Source: Felis catus | Lineage: Eukaryota | Direction of reading: 5' to 3' | NCBI RefSeq assembly: GCF_018350175.1 | Contig: NC_058368.1 | Location: 142,292,001-142,356,000 of the forward strand | Length of the DNA stretch: 64,000 bases | Shown: in pieces, positions 1 through 12,116 of the stretch | Position numbering within the stretch: position 1 is the stretch's first letter | Layout: every line of letters begins with the position of its first letter | Notes under the pieces: generated by a model | The model's database searches: none | Seen by the model: only the letters and a program-made list of their open reading frames with translations | What the model was told of the DNA's origin: nothing | Made by a program: the position numbers and the translations under genes

Positions 1-1228
1 CTCTTAGAGGGTTTATTTTCCTCAGAAACAAATGTTTCAGAGTGGTTTTTTACTCTCCCACATGAGATTAACCTGGCTTCTGTTATCAGGGTTGTGTGAA
101 AAGGAGACTGGGTACCCTGTTGATATTCAGACTATGAATGTTCACTTAATTTCTGTTTTCAGTATGAATGTGCTTCTCTGTTCTGGTGTCTTGGTTTGGG
201 AATCCCTGTGGTTTGGTTTCTCCAGAGAGTAAGTGTCCCGTCTTCTGCCTTGGTTATAGAATGGCATTTGCCCTTAGGGAATGGGAGCAAGAATCTGAGG
301 GCACATGGCTTCTTTGTAAAGACTTTCAGCCAGTCTTCATGTTTTGCTTGCATGTTGCTTTGCAGACATAGTTTGTGTTTCTAATTTTTGAGATTTTCTA
401 AGGTTTGAGCTATTTTCACACAGTTTGTTTCATAACTTTCTCTGTTGACTTGGATTTCAGTTTTGTCTGTGGAATCAGTTACTAATTGCTAATCTCTTTT
501 CCAGCTTAAAAAATTTTGTTACTGTCATCTTCTTTGTTTTGTCCCTGTCATTTTATACACAAGATTAAAAAAATATATCCAGGAACAAAATTACTTACTG
601 TCATTTTAGTGGTACTTTGGAAGACAGTAGAGGTAAACTTGTAGGTTTAACTGGATATCGAGGTATACTTTATTTTTAATTTTTTATTAAGATATTTTAT
701 TTTTTTTAGAGCAGTTTTAAGTTCATAACCAATTTGGGAGTATGGTACAGAGATTTCCCATATAACTCTTGCTCTCACATGTGCATAGCTCTCTCTTTTA
801 CCTGTATCACTGCTAGAATGGTACATTTGTTAAAATTTCTGGACCTATATTGATGCATGATTATCACTCAAAGACTGTATTTTATATTAGGGTTCACTCT
901 TGATGTTGCACATTTTAGAAATTTGAACAAATATAATGACATGTATCCACCGTTACAGTTTCATACATAGTAGTTTCTCTGCCATAAAAATCCTATGTGT
1001 TTGGCCTTTCATCCCACCCTATCCACTAACCCCTGGCAACTACTGATCTTTTTATTATCTCCATAGTTCTGCCTTCTCCAGAAAGTTCTCTTGTTGGAGT
1101 CACACAGTATGTAGCCTTTTCACATTTGCTTCTTTTACTTAGAAGAAAGTTAATGCACATTTTTATGTCTTTTATGGCTTGATAATTCATTTCTTTTTAG
1201 TGTGCTGTAAGATTCCTTTTTTTGGATT

Positions 1229-1432
1229 GGGGCACCTGGATGGCTCATTTGGTTGAGTGTCAGAGTCGGCTTTGGCTCTGGTCATGATCTCATGGTTCAT
1301 GAGTTTGGGCCCTGCATTGGGCTCTGTGCTGTCAGCATGGGGCCTGCTTGGGATTCTCTGTCTTCTCTCTGCCCTTCCCCCTGCTCACACAGACGTGTAC
1401 TCTCTCTAAATAAATCAATAAACTTAAAAAAT
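1229..1432 (+). mobile_element. CanSINE (SINEC_Fc-like)
   Basis: ggggcacctggatggctca head, CT-rich linker, A-rich tail; TSD-like aagattccttt...ggat on both sides. Confidence 0.9.
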
Positions 1433-2302
1433 ATCAAAGATTCCTTTGGATGTACCACAGTTCGTTTATTCATTCAGTTACAGAAGGACATCTTAGTAGC
1501 TTCTAAGTTTTTGGCCATTGTTAATAAAACTGCTGTCAACATCTGTGTGCAGTTTTTGTGTGGGGATACGTTTTCAACTCCTTCAAGTATGAAATCAATG
1601 GAAAAAGTTAGGAATAAGTGACTTCTGGACAGTATTAACTCTTCTGTCCATGAACATGGAATATATATTTATTTATTTCCTTGATTTCTTTTATAGAGTT
1701 TTGTATTTTTCCTCCGATAGATCTTATACATGTGTTGTTGGATTTATACTTGCATATTTCATTTGTTTGGGTGGTGTTGTAAATGGGATTGTGTTTTTAA
1801 TTTCAAATTCCACTTGTTCATTGCTGCTATGTAGTGGTGCAGTTGATTTTTGTATGTTAACATCATGTGCTGCAACTTTGCATTAATTGGTTATAAATTC
1901 AAGGAGGTTTTGTTTATTCTTTCATATTTTCTGCAAACAAAGATGGTTTAAGTCCTTCTTTCTCAGTCTTTATGCCTTTTGTTTGTTTTTCTTGTCTCAC
2001 TGCATAAACTTGGTCTTCCGGTTTGATTTTGACAGGCTGTGGTGAGAGTTTTCTTGCCTCCTTCCTCATCTTTAGAGGGAAAGCTTCCCAGTTTCCCGTC
2101 ATGAAGTGTGATGTTAGCTATAGGTTTTTGTAGATGAGATCTATCAAATTAGTGAAGGTCTCCCCCCATTCCTGGTTTACTGAGCGTTTATATCATGAAG
2201 GATTTTGGATTTTGGATGTTGGATTTTGTCAAATGCTTTTTCTCAATCTGTTGATTCCCAGAGTCTACAGTATGCATTTACAATTAATCTATATCCACTT
2301 TC

Positions 2303-2489
2303 TAAAAAAAAAAAAAAAATTTATTTTTGAGAGACAGAGAGGCAGAGAGAGAGATGGAGACAGAGGATCTGAAGTGGGCTCCGTGCTGAGATCCAGAGAG
2401 CCCAATGAGGTGCCGGAACTCATGAACTGTGAGATCATGACCTGAACCAAAGTCCGATGCCTAACAGACTGAGCCACCCAGGTGCCCCC
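2303..2489 (-). mobile_element. CanSINE
   Basis: Ends in gagccacccaggtgcccc; TSD atatccacttt. Confidence 0.9.
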
Positions 2490-2777
2490 ATATCCACTTT
2501 TAAGTAACAATGTACCACTTCTTGGGTAGTGTGAGTACCTTATAATATCAAAATAATCCTAATTCTTCCCTCAACTTTTTATCATTGCTGTCATTCTTGA
2601 CATTTATACGTAAGCATATATATACACCAAGATAAGCATTTTTCCTTCATTTACTAGTTCTTTGATGCTCTTCCTTTCTTTATGTGGATATGTTTTTCTG
2701 ACCTATATTATTTGCCTTGTCTCCGAAGAACTTCATTTACCATTTCTTGCAAAGCAGGTCTACTAGCAATGAATACC

Positions 2778-2852
2778 TTTGATTTTTGTTGTCTTATGTC
2801 TTATGTCTTATGTCTTATGTCTTATGTCTTTGATTTTGTTGTCTTATGTCTT
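2778..2852. repeat. (GTCTTAT)n heptamer array, about 5.7 copies, within a duplicated 25-bp unit
   Basis: Direct reading of 2791-2830; tttgatttt(t)gttgtcttatgtctt occurs twice. Confidence 0.9.
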
Positions 2853-3651
2853 TTTTTCCTCCTTCACTTTTGAGGAATAATTTAATAAGGTTCAGAATTC
2901 CAGGTTGGTGGCTTTTTTACTCTCAAGACTAAATATTTTACTGAACTATTCTACTTGTTTGAATGGTTTCTGAGGAGATGTTGGATATAATTATTATCTT
3001 TGCTTCTCTATAGCTAAGGTGTTTTTCCTCTTGGCTTTTTTGAGAACTTTTTCTTCATCTTTGATTTTTTTGTGGTTTGAATATAATTTGCCTAGATATA
3101 ATTCTGTTTTGGTGTTCTCTGAGCTTCCTGGGTCTATTATTTGGTAATGGGCATTAATTTGGGGAAAATTCTTATAATTATTTCTAATATTCTGTTTCTT
3201 TCTCTCTTCCTCTGGTATTACTGTTTTACATATGTTACAGCTTTTGTAGTTGTCCCACAGTCCCTGGATATTCTTTATTTTTTATTAAGTCTTTTTCTTT
3301 TTGCTTTTAATTTTTGGAGAATTATTGTTAAGATATCCTCAAACTCTCATTCTTTCCTCAACCATGTCCAGTCTAATAATAAGCCCTACAAATGCAGTCT
3401 TCATTTCTTCTACAGTGGTTTAGATCTCAAGCATTTCTGCTTGTTTCTTTGTTAGACTTTCCATCTCTCTGCTTACATTGTTAGTTTCATTTTGCCTGCT
3501 CTCCACTTTATGTGTTAGAGCGCTAAGCATATTAATCATTGTTGTGAAATTTCTGCTCTGGCAATTACAGTGTCCCAGCCATATCTGACTCTGGTCTGAT
3601 GCTTGCTGTCTCTTCACACAGTATTTTTTTGCATTTTAGTATACTTGCTAA

Positions 3652-3877
3652 TTTTTTTTTTTAATTTTTTTTTTCAACGTTTATTTATTTTTGGGACAGA
3701 GAGAGACAGAGCATGAACGGGGGAGGGGCAGAGAGAGAGGGAGACACAGAATCAGAAACAGGCTCCAGGCTCTGAGCCATCAGCCCAGAGCCCGACGCGG
3801 GGCTCCAACTCACGGACGGCGAGATCGTGACCTGGCTGAAGTCGGACGCTTAACCGACTGCGCCACCCAGGCACCCC
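3652..3877 (-). mobile_element. Young felid CanSINE (SINEC_Fc)
   Basis: CpG-rich and intact; TSD atacttgctaatttt; nearly identical to the copies at 16655 and 24018. Confidence 0.95.
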
Positions 3878-4632
3878 AATACTTGCTAATTTTTATTTCC
3901 TAGCTAGATGTGATGTACTAGGTAAAAGAAACTGCTGTAAATTTTGCCTTTAGTAATATGACTTAAAGTTGTCGGGGAGGGGAAGGAAAGTATTCTTTAA
4001 TCCTAAGATTAGATCTTTGTCTTTTTGTGAGCCTATGCCTCTGGACTGTGAATTTGATCAATGTTTCTTAGGCCCCCTACCCACTTAGATGGACAGTTGC
4101 ATATGTCCCTTTCATAATGAGGTTTAGATTCTAGTAAAGTCCTCTGGAGATTAGGCTCTAGTTAGTTTCTCCTATGGGCAGACCTTGTTAAGATAAGCAG
4201 AGTGCTCTGGAGCACACTGTTCCTTTTCTCCTCTTTCCGACACAAGCATGAGGGGATCCCCACCCCACCGTATTCACTGTAAGAACCAGGTTGAGCTGTT
4301 GGTAAAACATATATGTCAGGCTCCCCCATGACTAGGTCTCCCTGGAAATTTTAACTCTAAGAGCTTTTTGCTCTGAGCCTCCAACATTTCATCGATTATA
4401 GTTCAGATTTTTCTACCCTGGCACTGCTTCCTGCAGAGGTTTTTGCTCCTGTAACTTTTGATTTTCTGTTTTCACCCGTCTCTCCAATTTTGGGGTAGCA
4501 GTTTGCCCTGTGATCTCACTTTTCTTTGGGATTTAAGAAGAGTTGCTGATTTTTCAGTTTAGCCTCTTACTTGTTAGGATGGCTATTTCTAACCTTCTTG
4601 AAAGTATACTTATTAAATAAGTAAGCTGCCTA

Positions 4633-4864
4633 GGGGCACCTGGGTGGCTCAGTCAGTTACGCATAGGACTTTGGTGAACCAAAGTCATGCTCTCATGTTT
4701 CGTGCATTCAAGTCCTGCATCAGGCTCTGTGTTGACAGCTTGGAGCCTGGAACCTGCTTCAGATTCTGTTTGTCTCCCTCTCTCTCTCTGTCCTCCCCCC
4801 ACTCATGCTCTGTCTCTGTCTCTCAAAAATAAACATTGAAAAAAAAAATAAAAAAAAAAAAAAA
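4633..4864 (+). mobile_element. CanSINE
   Basis: ggggcacctgggtggctcag head, long A tail, TSD aagctg(c/t)ct. Confidence 0.92.
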
Positions 4865-5179
4865 GGAAGCTGTCTCTGGACAACAGACAGGTTTTTTTTT
4901 TGTCTGTTTCCCCCATGGTTAATATCCAAGGGTATATTACGCCTTTTATGTTGGACTGTTTTGCTCATTGAAATTAGAAATTAACTGTAATTGAACTGTA
5001 ACATCATTTTAACATCTTGAAAGACATTTTAATAGAGAATGAATGAGAAAGTTTAATTTTTTCTCTAAACAGATACTTTAAGCATGAGAACATATTCAAA
5101 GCTCAGGAATTGATATAGTTTATTTATATGCTGTTTAAATGAAAGTCTTTCAGTTAAATGCTGCCTTTTGTAATTACTT

Positions 5180-5394
5180 TTTCTTTTCTTTTGTTTTTTA
5201 ATGTTTATTTTTGAAAGAGACAGAGACAGAATGCAAGTGGGTTTAGAGGCAGAGAGAGAGGGAGACACAGAATCCAAAGCAGGCTCCAAGGCCCATGCTG
5301 TCAGCACAGAGCCCAACACGGGAGTCGAACTCATGAGCTGTGAGATCATGACCTGAGCCAAAGTCGGACATCAACTGAGCCACCCAGGCTCCCC
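5180..5394 (-). mobile_element. CanSINE
   Basis: Antisense head gagccacccaggctcccc; TSD tgtaattact. Confidence 0.92.
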
Positions 5395-5469
5395 TGTAAT
5401 TACTCTTTTTCATCTTCTCTGTTTATATAACCAGAGAAAGAGAGAATTTTTTTTTCTATTTAAAGAATA

Positions 5470-6266
5470 TTTTGTTAAGTTTTTATTCAAATTCCAGTTA
5501 ACATACAGTGTAGTATTAGTTTTAGGTGTATAATATAACGGTTCAGCACTTCCATACATCACCCTGTGTTCCTCACAAGTGAACTCCTTAATCCCCATCA
5601 CCTATTTCACCCATTCCCCCACCTATCTTCCCTCTGGCAACTTTGTTCTTTCCAGTTAAGAGCCTGTTTCTTGGTTTCCTACCCACCCCCCTTTGCTTGT
5701 TTTGTTTCTTAAATTCCGCATGAGTGAAATCATACGGTATTTGTCTTTCTCTGACTGACTTATTTCAGTTAGCATTATACTTACTAGCTCCTTCCATGTT
5801 GTTGCAAGATTTCATTCTTTTTTGATGGCTAAGTAATATTTCATTATAAATATGTACCACATCTTCCTTAGCCATTCATCAATTGATGGTTACTTGAGCT
5901 GTTTCCATAATTTGGCTATTGAAGGTAATGCTACTGTAAACTTTAGGGTGCATATATCCCTTTGAATTAGTGTTTTTGTATTTTTTTGGTAAACAGTAGT
6001 ATAATTGCTGGATTGTACAGTAGTCCTATTTTTAATTTTTTGAGGAACCTCCATACCATTTCCCACAGTGGCTGAACCAGTTTGCATTCCCACCAACGGT
6101 GCAAGAGGGTTCCTCTATCTCCACATTCTTGTCAACACCTATTGTTTCTTGTGTTGTTGATTTTAGCCATTCTGACATGTGTGAGGTGATACCTCATTGT
6201 AGTTTTAACTGGAATTTCCCTGATAAGTGATGTTGAGCATCTTTTCATGTGTCTTTTGGCCATCTG
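5470..6266 (-). mobile_element. Carnivore L1 3' end (5'-truncated)
   Basis: L1 3' UTR plus ORF2 C-terminus (ORF 5890-6096: ...ICTLKFTVALPSIAKLWKQLK, the L1 ORF2p CTPMFIAALFTIAKxWKQPKC motif). Confidence 0.88.
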
Positions 6267-6552
6267 CAAGGAGAACCTACTGTTTATCGTATTTTCTTAC
6301 ATGTGTATGTATATATGGTTTAGAGTCTATAAGTTAGATCTAGTACTTGATATTGTGTAATATTTACTATCTTTTGAATGGGTCTTCAAGTTGCTGAGAT
6401 TTTTCAGTTAGGCCTTCAGACTGAATAGGGTTCCTGTGTTCCTTTCTACTTTGTTATATTTACATTATCACTTAATTTGTGGTGAATCCAGGTACTTCAG
6501 TGATCTTCACTTATTCTCTTTATTTTAGAATAGTTACTAATAATGTTGATTT

Positions 6553-6768
6553 CTTTTTTTTAATATATATTTATTTTTGAGAGAGAGACAGACAGACAAA
6601 GCATGAGCAGGGGAAGGACAGAGACAGAGGGAGACACAGAATCCAAAGCAGGCTCCAGGCTCTGAGTTGTCAGCACAGAGCCTGATGTGGGGCTTGAACT
6701 CATGAACCGTGACATCATGACCTGAGCCGAAGTCGAATGCTCAACAGACTGAGCTACCTAGGCACCCC
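6553..6768 (-). mobile_element. CanSINE
   Basis: T-rich tail, GA-rich linker, antisense tRNA head ending in ggcacccc. Confidence 0.92.
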
Positions 6769-6999
6769 TCTTTATTTCTTTATTTTACCCCAAGTAATTA
6801 ATATTGAGAATGTGGAGAAGAAAGTGGCCTATTACTTTTTATGCAGCTTATTTCGTAATAGTTTTCCTGAGTGTGATGTAAAAACCCTTTCCGGAAGCTT
6901 AAGGATATTTCTCTGTAACTATAATGTGTGAAGTTGATTTTCTTAATTTTTAACCAGAATGATATACCACATAGTAGAATTTTAAAACTCTGAAACACC

Positions 7000-7640
7000 C
7001 GCTTTTGTGTGCACCTGAAAGAATGTATGTTCTGCTAAGTTGGAAAGAATGTTGTGTAAATATCTATGTGGTCATATGGGTTGATAGTGGTGTTCAGGTC
7101 TTCTGTAACCATACTGATTTTTTTGTCTACTTGTTCTGTCAGTTCCTGAGAGAGATAGGTTGAAATTTCTGACTTGATGGGTTTTTCTGGTTATTTTAAT
7201 TCTATCAGTTTTTGCTTCATGTAGGTTGATACTATCTTGTTAGGTAGAAACAGATTTGTGATGTTTTCTTTGTGTTTTGACTTATCATTACTAACGTTCC
7301 TCTTTATCCCTGGTAATAATACTTCTTCTGTAATCTATTTTATATGATAATATTATAACCACACCCCAGCTTTCTTCTGATTCGTGTTTGCCTGTTACAT
7401 ATTTTTTGGTTCTTTTGTTTTTAACCTTTTAGTGTGTTTACATTTAAAGTAGCTCTTTTTGGTAGATAACATATAGTTGGTTCTTGGTTTTGCAATCAAG
7501 TTGACAATATCTTTTAGTTTGTTTATGTTATTTACATATATTGATCTGGTTGGATTAAAATCTGTTTTTTTAGGAGCTGTTTTCTATTCCAACTATTCTT
7601 TGTTTCTTTTTCATTCTTGCCTTCTTCTGGATTAATTATT
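7000..7640 (-). mobile_element. Old L1 ORF2 (endonuclease-region) fragment
   Basis: gtgcacctgaaagaatgtatgttctgct... resembles the same L1 region seen at about 37480 and 49050. Confidence 0.65.
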
Positions 7641-8526
7641 TTGAGTGTGTTGATGAACTTGTTTGAAGTATTATTTATATCTGCTGTCATGTCTTTTTCT
7701 CTGCCGTATCTGTTTGGTTATTTCCTATAGTTTCCTAAGCGGAAGCCTTTTGCCACTGCATTTTGGTTTTAATTTGAGAGATACAGTTCTTTCTTAGACT
7801 TGAGACTTACTCTTTTGGTATTTAAATTATTCTTTAAAAAGTTTATTTAAATAAACTTTAACAGTTTTCTTTAAACTATCTGTAAATTTTTCTTTTTTTA
7901 ATTGTTCTTTCAATATGTTATTCTTTTCAAGGCAAATTGGTTGCGAAGATAACCTATGGTACTGTTTGACATAATTGCACTTTGCAGTAAATCGGTATAA
8001 TTGATCCTTGAACGATGCCCTAACACCCTGCACAGTTGAAAATCTGTGTATAACTCTGACTTTGCAGAACTTAACTACTAATAGCCTGTTGACTAAAAGC
8101 CTTACTGGTAACGTAAACATTCAATGAACAGTTATTTTGTATGTTATATATATTATATACTATATTCTTACAATGAAGTAAGCTAGAAAAGAGAAACTTA
8201 CTAAGAAAATCACAAGGAAAATACGTTTCCTGTATTTATTGATACCATAAGTTTGCATTGTCTGTTTATAAGGCGAATCATCTATCAGTTATCTATATCA
8301 ATATTATCTTACATGATACAAAATACTCTAGATATTATATGTATAACACTAGACATCAAACATGAAAATACTTGAAAAGGAAATTCATATTTATAAGTAT
8401 AATGATTCATGCATTAATAATGAAGAAGCAGCAGTTTAGTTGCTTTTTGATAGCCTAGTCTATACACTAATGAACTCAAAACTTTTACGGCATATTACAG
8501 ATATATTCCTAATAATGTATTAGAAA

Positions 8527-8731
8527 TATTATTTATTTATGTATTTTTAAGTTTATTTTGAGAGAGAGAGTGCATGCAAGTAGGGGAGGGGCTGAGAGAG
8601 AGAATTCCAAGCAGGGTCTACACTCCCAGCACAAAGCTCGACCTGGGGCTTAAACTTACAAACTGTGAGATCATGACCTGAGCCGAAATCAAGAGTCATA
8701 TGTTTAACTGAATGAGCTACCCAGGTGCCTC
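8527..8731 (-). mobile_element. CanSINE inserted in the Tigger element
   Basis: Antisense SINE body ending in ccaggtgcctc; TSD-like gaaatattat / gaaaatactat. Confidence 0.9.
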
Positions 8732-9684
8732 TGAAAATACTATAGTGAAAAAACAAAACACTTACCTCTGATGATAGGTGATAAGCAGTTTCCCGTTACA
8801 AGAGAGACATAATGTATATATGATATAATAATTCTTTGAAAGCAAAGTTACAAAAAAACAGTAAGAAATCCAACATGTTAGTAATATTATATTAAATATC
8901 ACTCACCTTACACCTGGGTAAGAATAGGCTTTCTGCTTCCATACAAGTCTTGCACATGATGTTTTATATGATGACTACTCAGGTGAGGATGACACAGAAT
9001 GTCTCATACAGTTCTTACTGTATAGTTACTAGATTTCTACATGAAGACACATACACAACAGGTAAGTTGATTAACTATATGGCATGATGATTGTTTATAA
9101 TCACTTGTTAAATGGAAGTAGATCATCATAAAGGTCTTTGTCCTTGTCATCTTCACGTTGAGAAAACTCAACGTGTTTTCTATTGTACTAAACATGTTTT
9201 CTATTGTACTAAACATGATAAAAAATAAGCAAGAACTGTGGGAGACCACTCTTACAGTAAGGAAGAAGAGCAAGAGGAGGGATTGGTCTTGCTGTCTCAG
9301 GTGTGGCAGAGGTGGAAGGAGAGGCAGGCACATAGTGTAACTTTATGGAAATCTATTGTCCATTCTGTCTGATTTATTTTGCTTTTCATTTTTCTAAAAA
9401 TGTTTGTATTGTACCAGTCCTTCTTCCACTGTATGCTTTGGTTTTTAGTGCTTGTGTCCAAGAAGGGTCCATATCATAAAAGAAGTCAAAAGCAGCCTTG
9501 AATAATCAGAACCCTTTTGTCAGATTTCTAATGTTAGTATGTTTTCTCACGCTGTTTGTTCTCCGTCTTCTTCCTCATCATCGGGCACTGATTTGGAAGC
9601 ACTCATGTCCGTTAATTCCTCTGGTGTGGTGATATCTTTCACCTTAAATTTCTCCAAGATCCATAATCCATATTTTGAAATCAT

Positions 9685-9902
9685 TCCCCTCCCTCCCTGC
9701 CTTTTCTTTCTTTCTGTTTCGTTTCGTTTCTTTTCCCTTTTCTTTTCTTTTCTTTTCTTTTCTTTTCTTTTCTTTTCTTTTTTTTCTTTTCTTTTCTTTT
9801 CTTTTTTCTTTTCTATCTTTTCTCTTCTATCTCTTCTCTTCTCTTCTCTTCTCTTCTCTTCTCTTCTCTTCTCTTCTCTTCTCTTCTCTTCTCTTCTCTT
9901 CC
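9685..9902. repeat. Compound polypyrimidine microsatellite (CTTTT)n-(CTCTT)n
   Basis: Direct reading; interrupts the Tigger transposase remnant. Confidence 0.95.
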
Positions 9903-11375
9903 TGCCATTATCACAATCTCTTGTATGATTTCTTTGATTGGCTCTGTCATAAGTCCTGAGAAGTCATGTACAACATCTAGACGCAGTCTTCTTGAGCAGG
10001 AATTTATTATTTCAGTCTTGATAGCTCTCATGGCATTTTCTTTACAACAGTGGCACCTTTAGCAGTGTAAATCTTGCAGACTTTCATGATGATCTGTCTG
10101 TTGGGGTTCTCCTCCATTGCACCAACAATACTTTGATAGAGTACTATGTGTAATGAGCCTTAAAGGTCCTTATGATTCCCTGATATAGAGGCTGAATTAG
10201 AGACATTGTATTTGGGGGCATAGTAGACCACTTCGACGCCTTTGGTGTTCAGGTCATAGGAATCCGGGTGGCCAGGGACATTGTCCAATATCAGAGGAAC
10301 TTTAATAGACAGTCCCTTACTGGCAAGGTACTTACTTACTTCAGGGACAAAACATCAATAAAACCAATTCAGAAAAAGGGTTCTCATTGTCCAGGCCTTC
10401 TTGTTGTACACCAAAGGACTGGTGGCTGGTGTTTATCCTGTCCCTTCAAGGATTAGAGGTTAGAAGCTTAAAAGATAAGGGCAGTCCTGATTATAAACCT
10501 GCCTGTATTTGCACAAAACAGTCGAGTTAGCCTGTCCCTTCCTGCCTTAAATACTGGTGCTCACTTCTCTTCCCTGCTAATAAATGACCTTTGTGGCATT
10601 TTTTTTTTTTTTACTTTAATAGGGCACCTCATCTGCCTTAAACACATATTTGGGCAAATGTGTTTTCTTCTCATTGATTTTCTTAATGGCATCTGGGAAC
10701 TCAACTTCTGTCTCTTGGTTGGCAGAAGCTGCTTTCTCCTGTTGTCTTGACATTTTTTAAGCCAAACCTTTGTGTAAAATTATCAAACCATCCTTTTCTA
10801 GTGTTAAATTCTCCAGCTTTAGATCCTTTACTTTCCTTTTGCTTTAAAGTTTTCCTTTTATTACAGCAATCTTGGCTCCCACATAAATGCTGCATTTTCA
10901 ATACAAGATTAAAAGGTATTTAGCAAAAAATGTAAGACTTTTGCCACCTGTTACTGTCACTGCAGTGATAACTTCATGAATTTCCTTTTCTTGGAATGGT
11001 CCTTATACTGGATTCATTGATCTTAAGATGGTGGGCAGTTGTAGTTGCACACCTCAGCCTATGGTACATAGCAGGCATTTCCACTTTTTCCTGTAATGCT
11101 GTGACTTTTCTCTGTTCTTGGGAGCACTTCCAGCATTACTAGAGTTTGTATGGGTCCCATCATGTTATTCAGGGTTCACTGTATTCTACTAAACATGATA
11201 AAAAATAAGCAAGAACTGTGGGAGACCACTCTTACGGTAATTCTGAATGTATTACAGTTTGTTTTATGCAGTTATGATTTAATACTGCATCTTTATACTT
11301 GTCTATGTGTCTCTTGACTGTAAATGGTATCATGTAGAAAGTATTTATATATATAAATAATTGTGATGACTCTTT

Positions 11376-11573
11376 AAAAATTTTTTTAACGTTTATTTAT
11401 TTATGAGACAGAGCAGGGGAGGGGCAGAGAGAGAGGGACAGAGGATCTGAAGTGGGTTCTGTGCCGACAGCAGCGAGCCCAGCGCAGGGCTGAAACCCAT
11501 GAACTGAACCGTGAGATCATGACCTGAGCTGAAGTCAGTCACTTCGGTACCCTCTGAACCACCCAGCCATCCC
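11376..11573 (-). mobile_element. CanSINE inserted in the Tigger element
   Basis: Antisense SINE; TSD gtgat(g/a)act(c/t)ttta. Confidence 0.9.
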
Positions 11574-12116
11574 GTGATAACTTTTTATAACAGATTTATG
11601 TATTTTTGTTGTAGTAAATGATAAAATAAACAAGTATCTACATATACAGTTATGATCATGACATAACTTTTTCTTTGATGTTTCTAGGCTCCTTGTTTTC
11701 AAACTGTTAGAGATCTACAAAAAAAATTTCCAATATGTTTATTGAAAAAAAAGCATGTATAAGTGGACCTATGTAGTTCCAACCTGTGTTGTTCAAGGAT
11801 CAAATGTACTTTCAGGTGTACCTTTCTTATATACCAGCTGAAGTGCATAAGGTGGTGTTAGTTGCAGAATTTTAAAATCCCTCACACTTTAAAATAGTTG
11901 AGGTTTGCAGTAAATACGGAAATAAGGTAGATGGGACAAAGGTTTTTAAAATATCTTTTAATCAGTTCTAGATTTTTTATTTCTTTAGCTGGTTATTTTG
12001 CACTCATCTGATATTAGCAGAAAATACAAATAGGCTAAGTAGCATTGTTCCTTGAATGGCAAAACCAGGTAAGAAACATTTGTATATGGTATAGTTAAGA
12101 GTTAGTTTTAGGTGTC

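Larger units (their letters stand above)
685..4600 (-). mobile_element. Fragmented old L1 (L1M-type): 3' end, ORF2 and ORF1/5' remnants, interrupted by SINEs
   Basis: The 685-1225 segment resembles an L1MB/MC 3' end (agagcagttttaagttc...ggtacagagatttccca). Degenerate ORF2-like segment at 1600-2270 (ORF 1914-2102: EAFPLKMRKEARKLS...AVRQEKQTKGIKTEKEGLKPSLFA). T-rich L1-like sequence continues to about 4.6 kb. Confidence 0.6.
7998..11806 (-). mobile_element. Near-full-length degenerate Tigger2-family (TcMar/pogo) DNA transposon
   Basis: Terminal inverted repeats share TTGATCCTTGAAC (8001-8013 and reverse complement at 11791-11803), flanked by TA at 7996-7997 and 11807-11808. Minus-strand transposase remnants: KGWFDNFTQRFGLKNVK (CENP-B HTH), VFKADE, LILDNVPGHP and PPNTMSLIQPLYQGIIRTFKAHY, with stops and frameshifts. 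Confidence 0.9.

Noticed and set aside
9539..10031. ORFs rich in F/S/L or EEKRR repeats
   Set aside because: They are readings of the (CTTTT)/(CTCTT) microsatellite inside a dead transposase.
10150..11160. Possible domesticated TIGD-like gene
   Set aside because: Multiple stops and frameshifts, an altered catalytic motif (QPLYQ) and retained TIRs indicate a neutrally decaying transposon.
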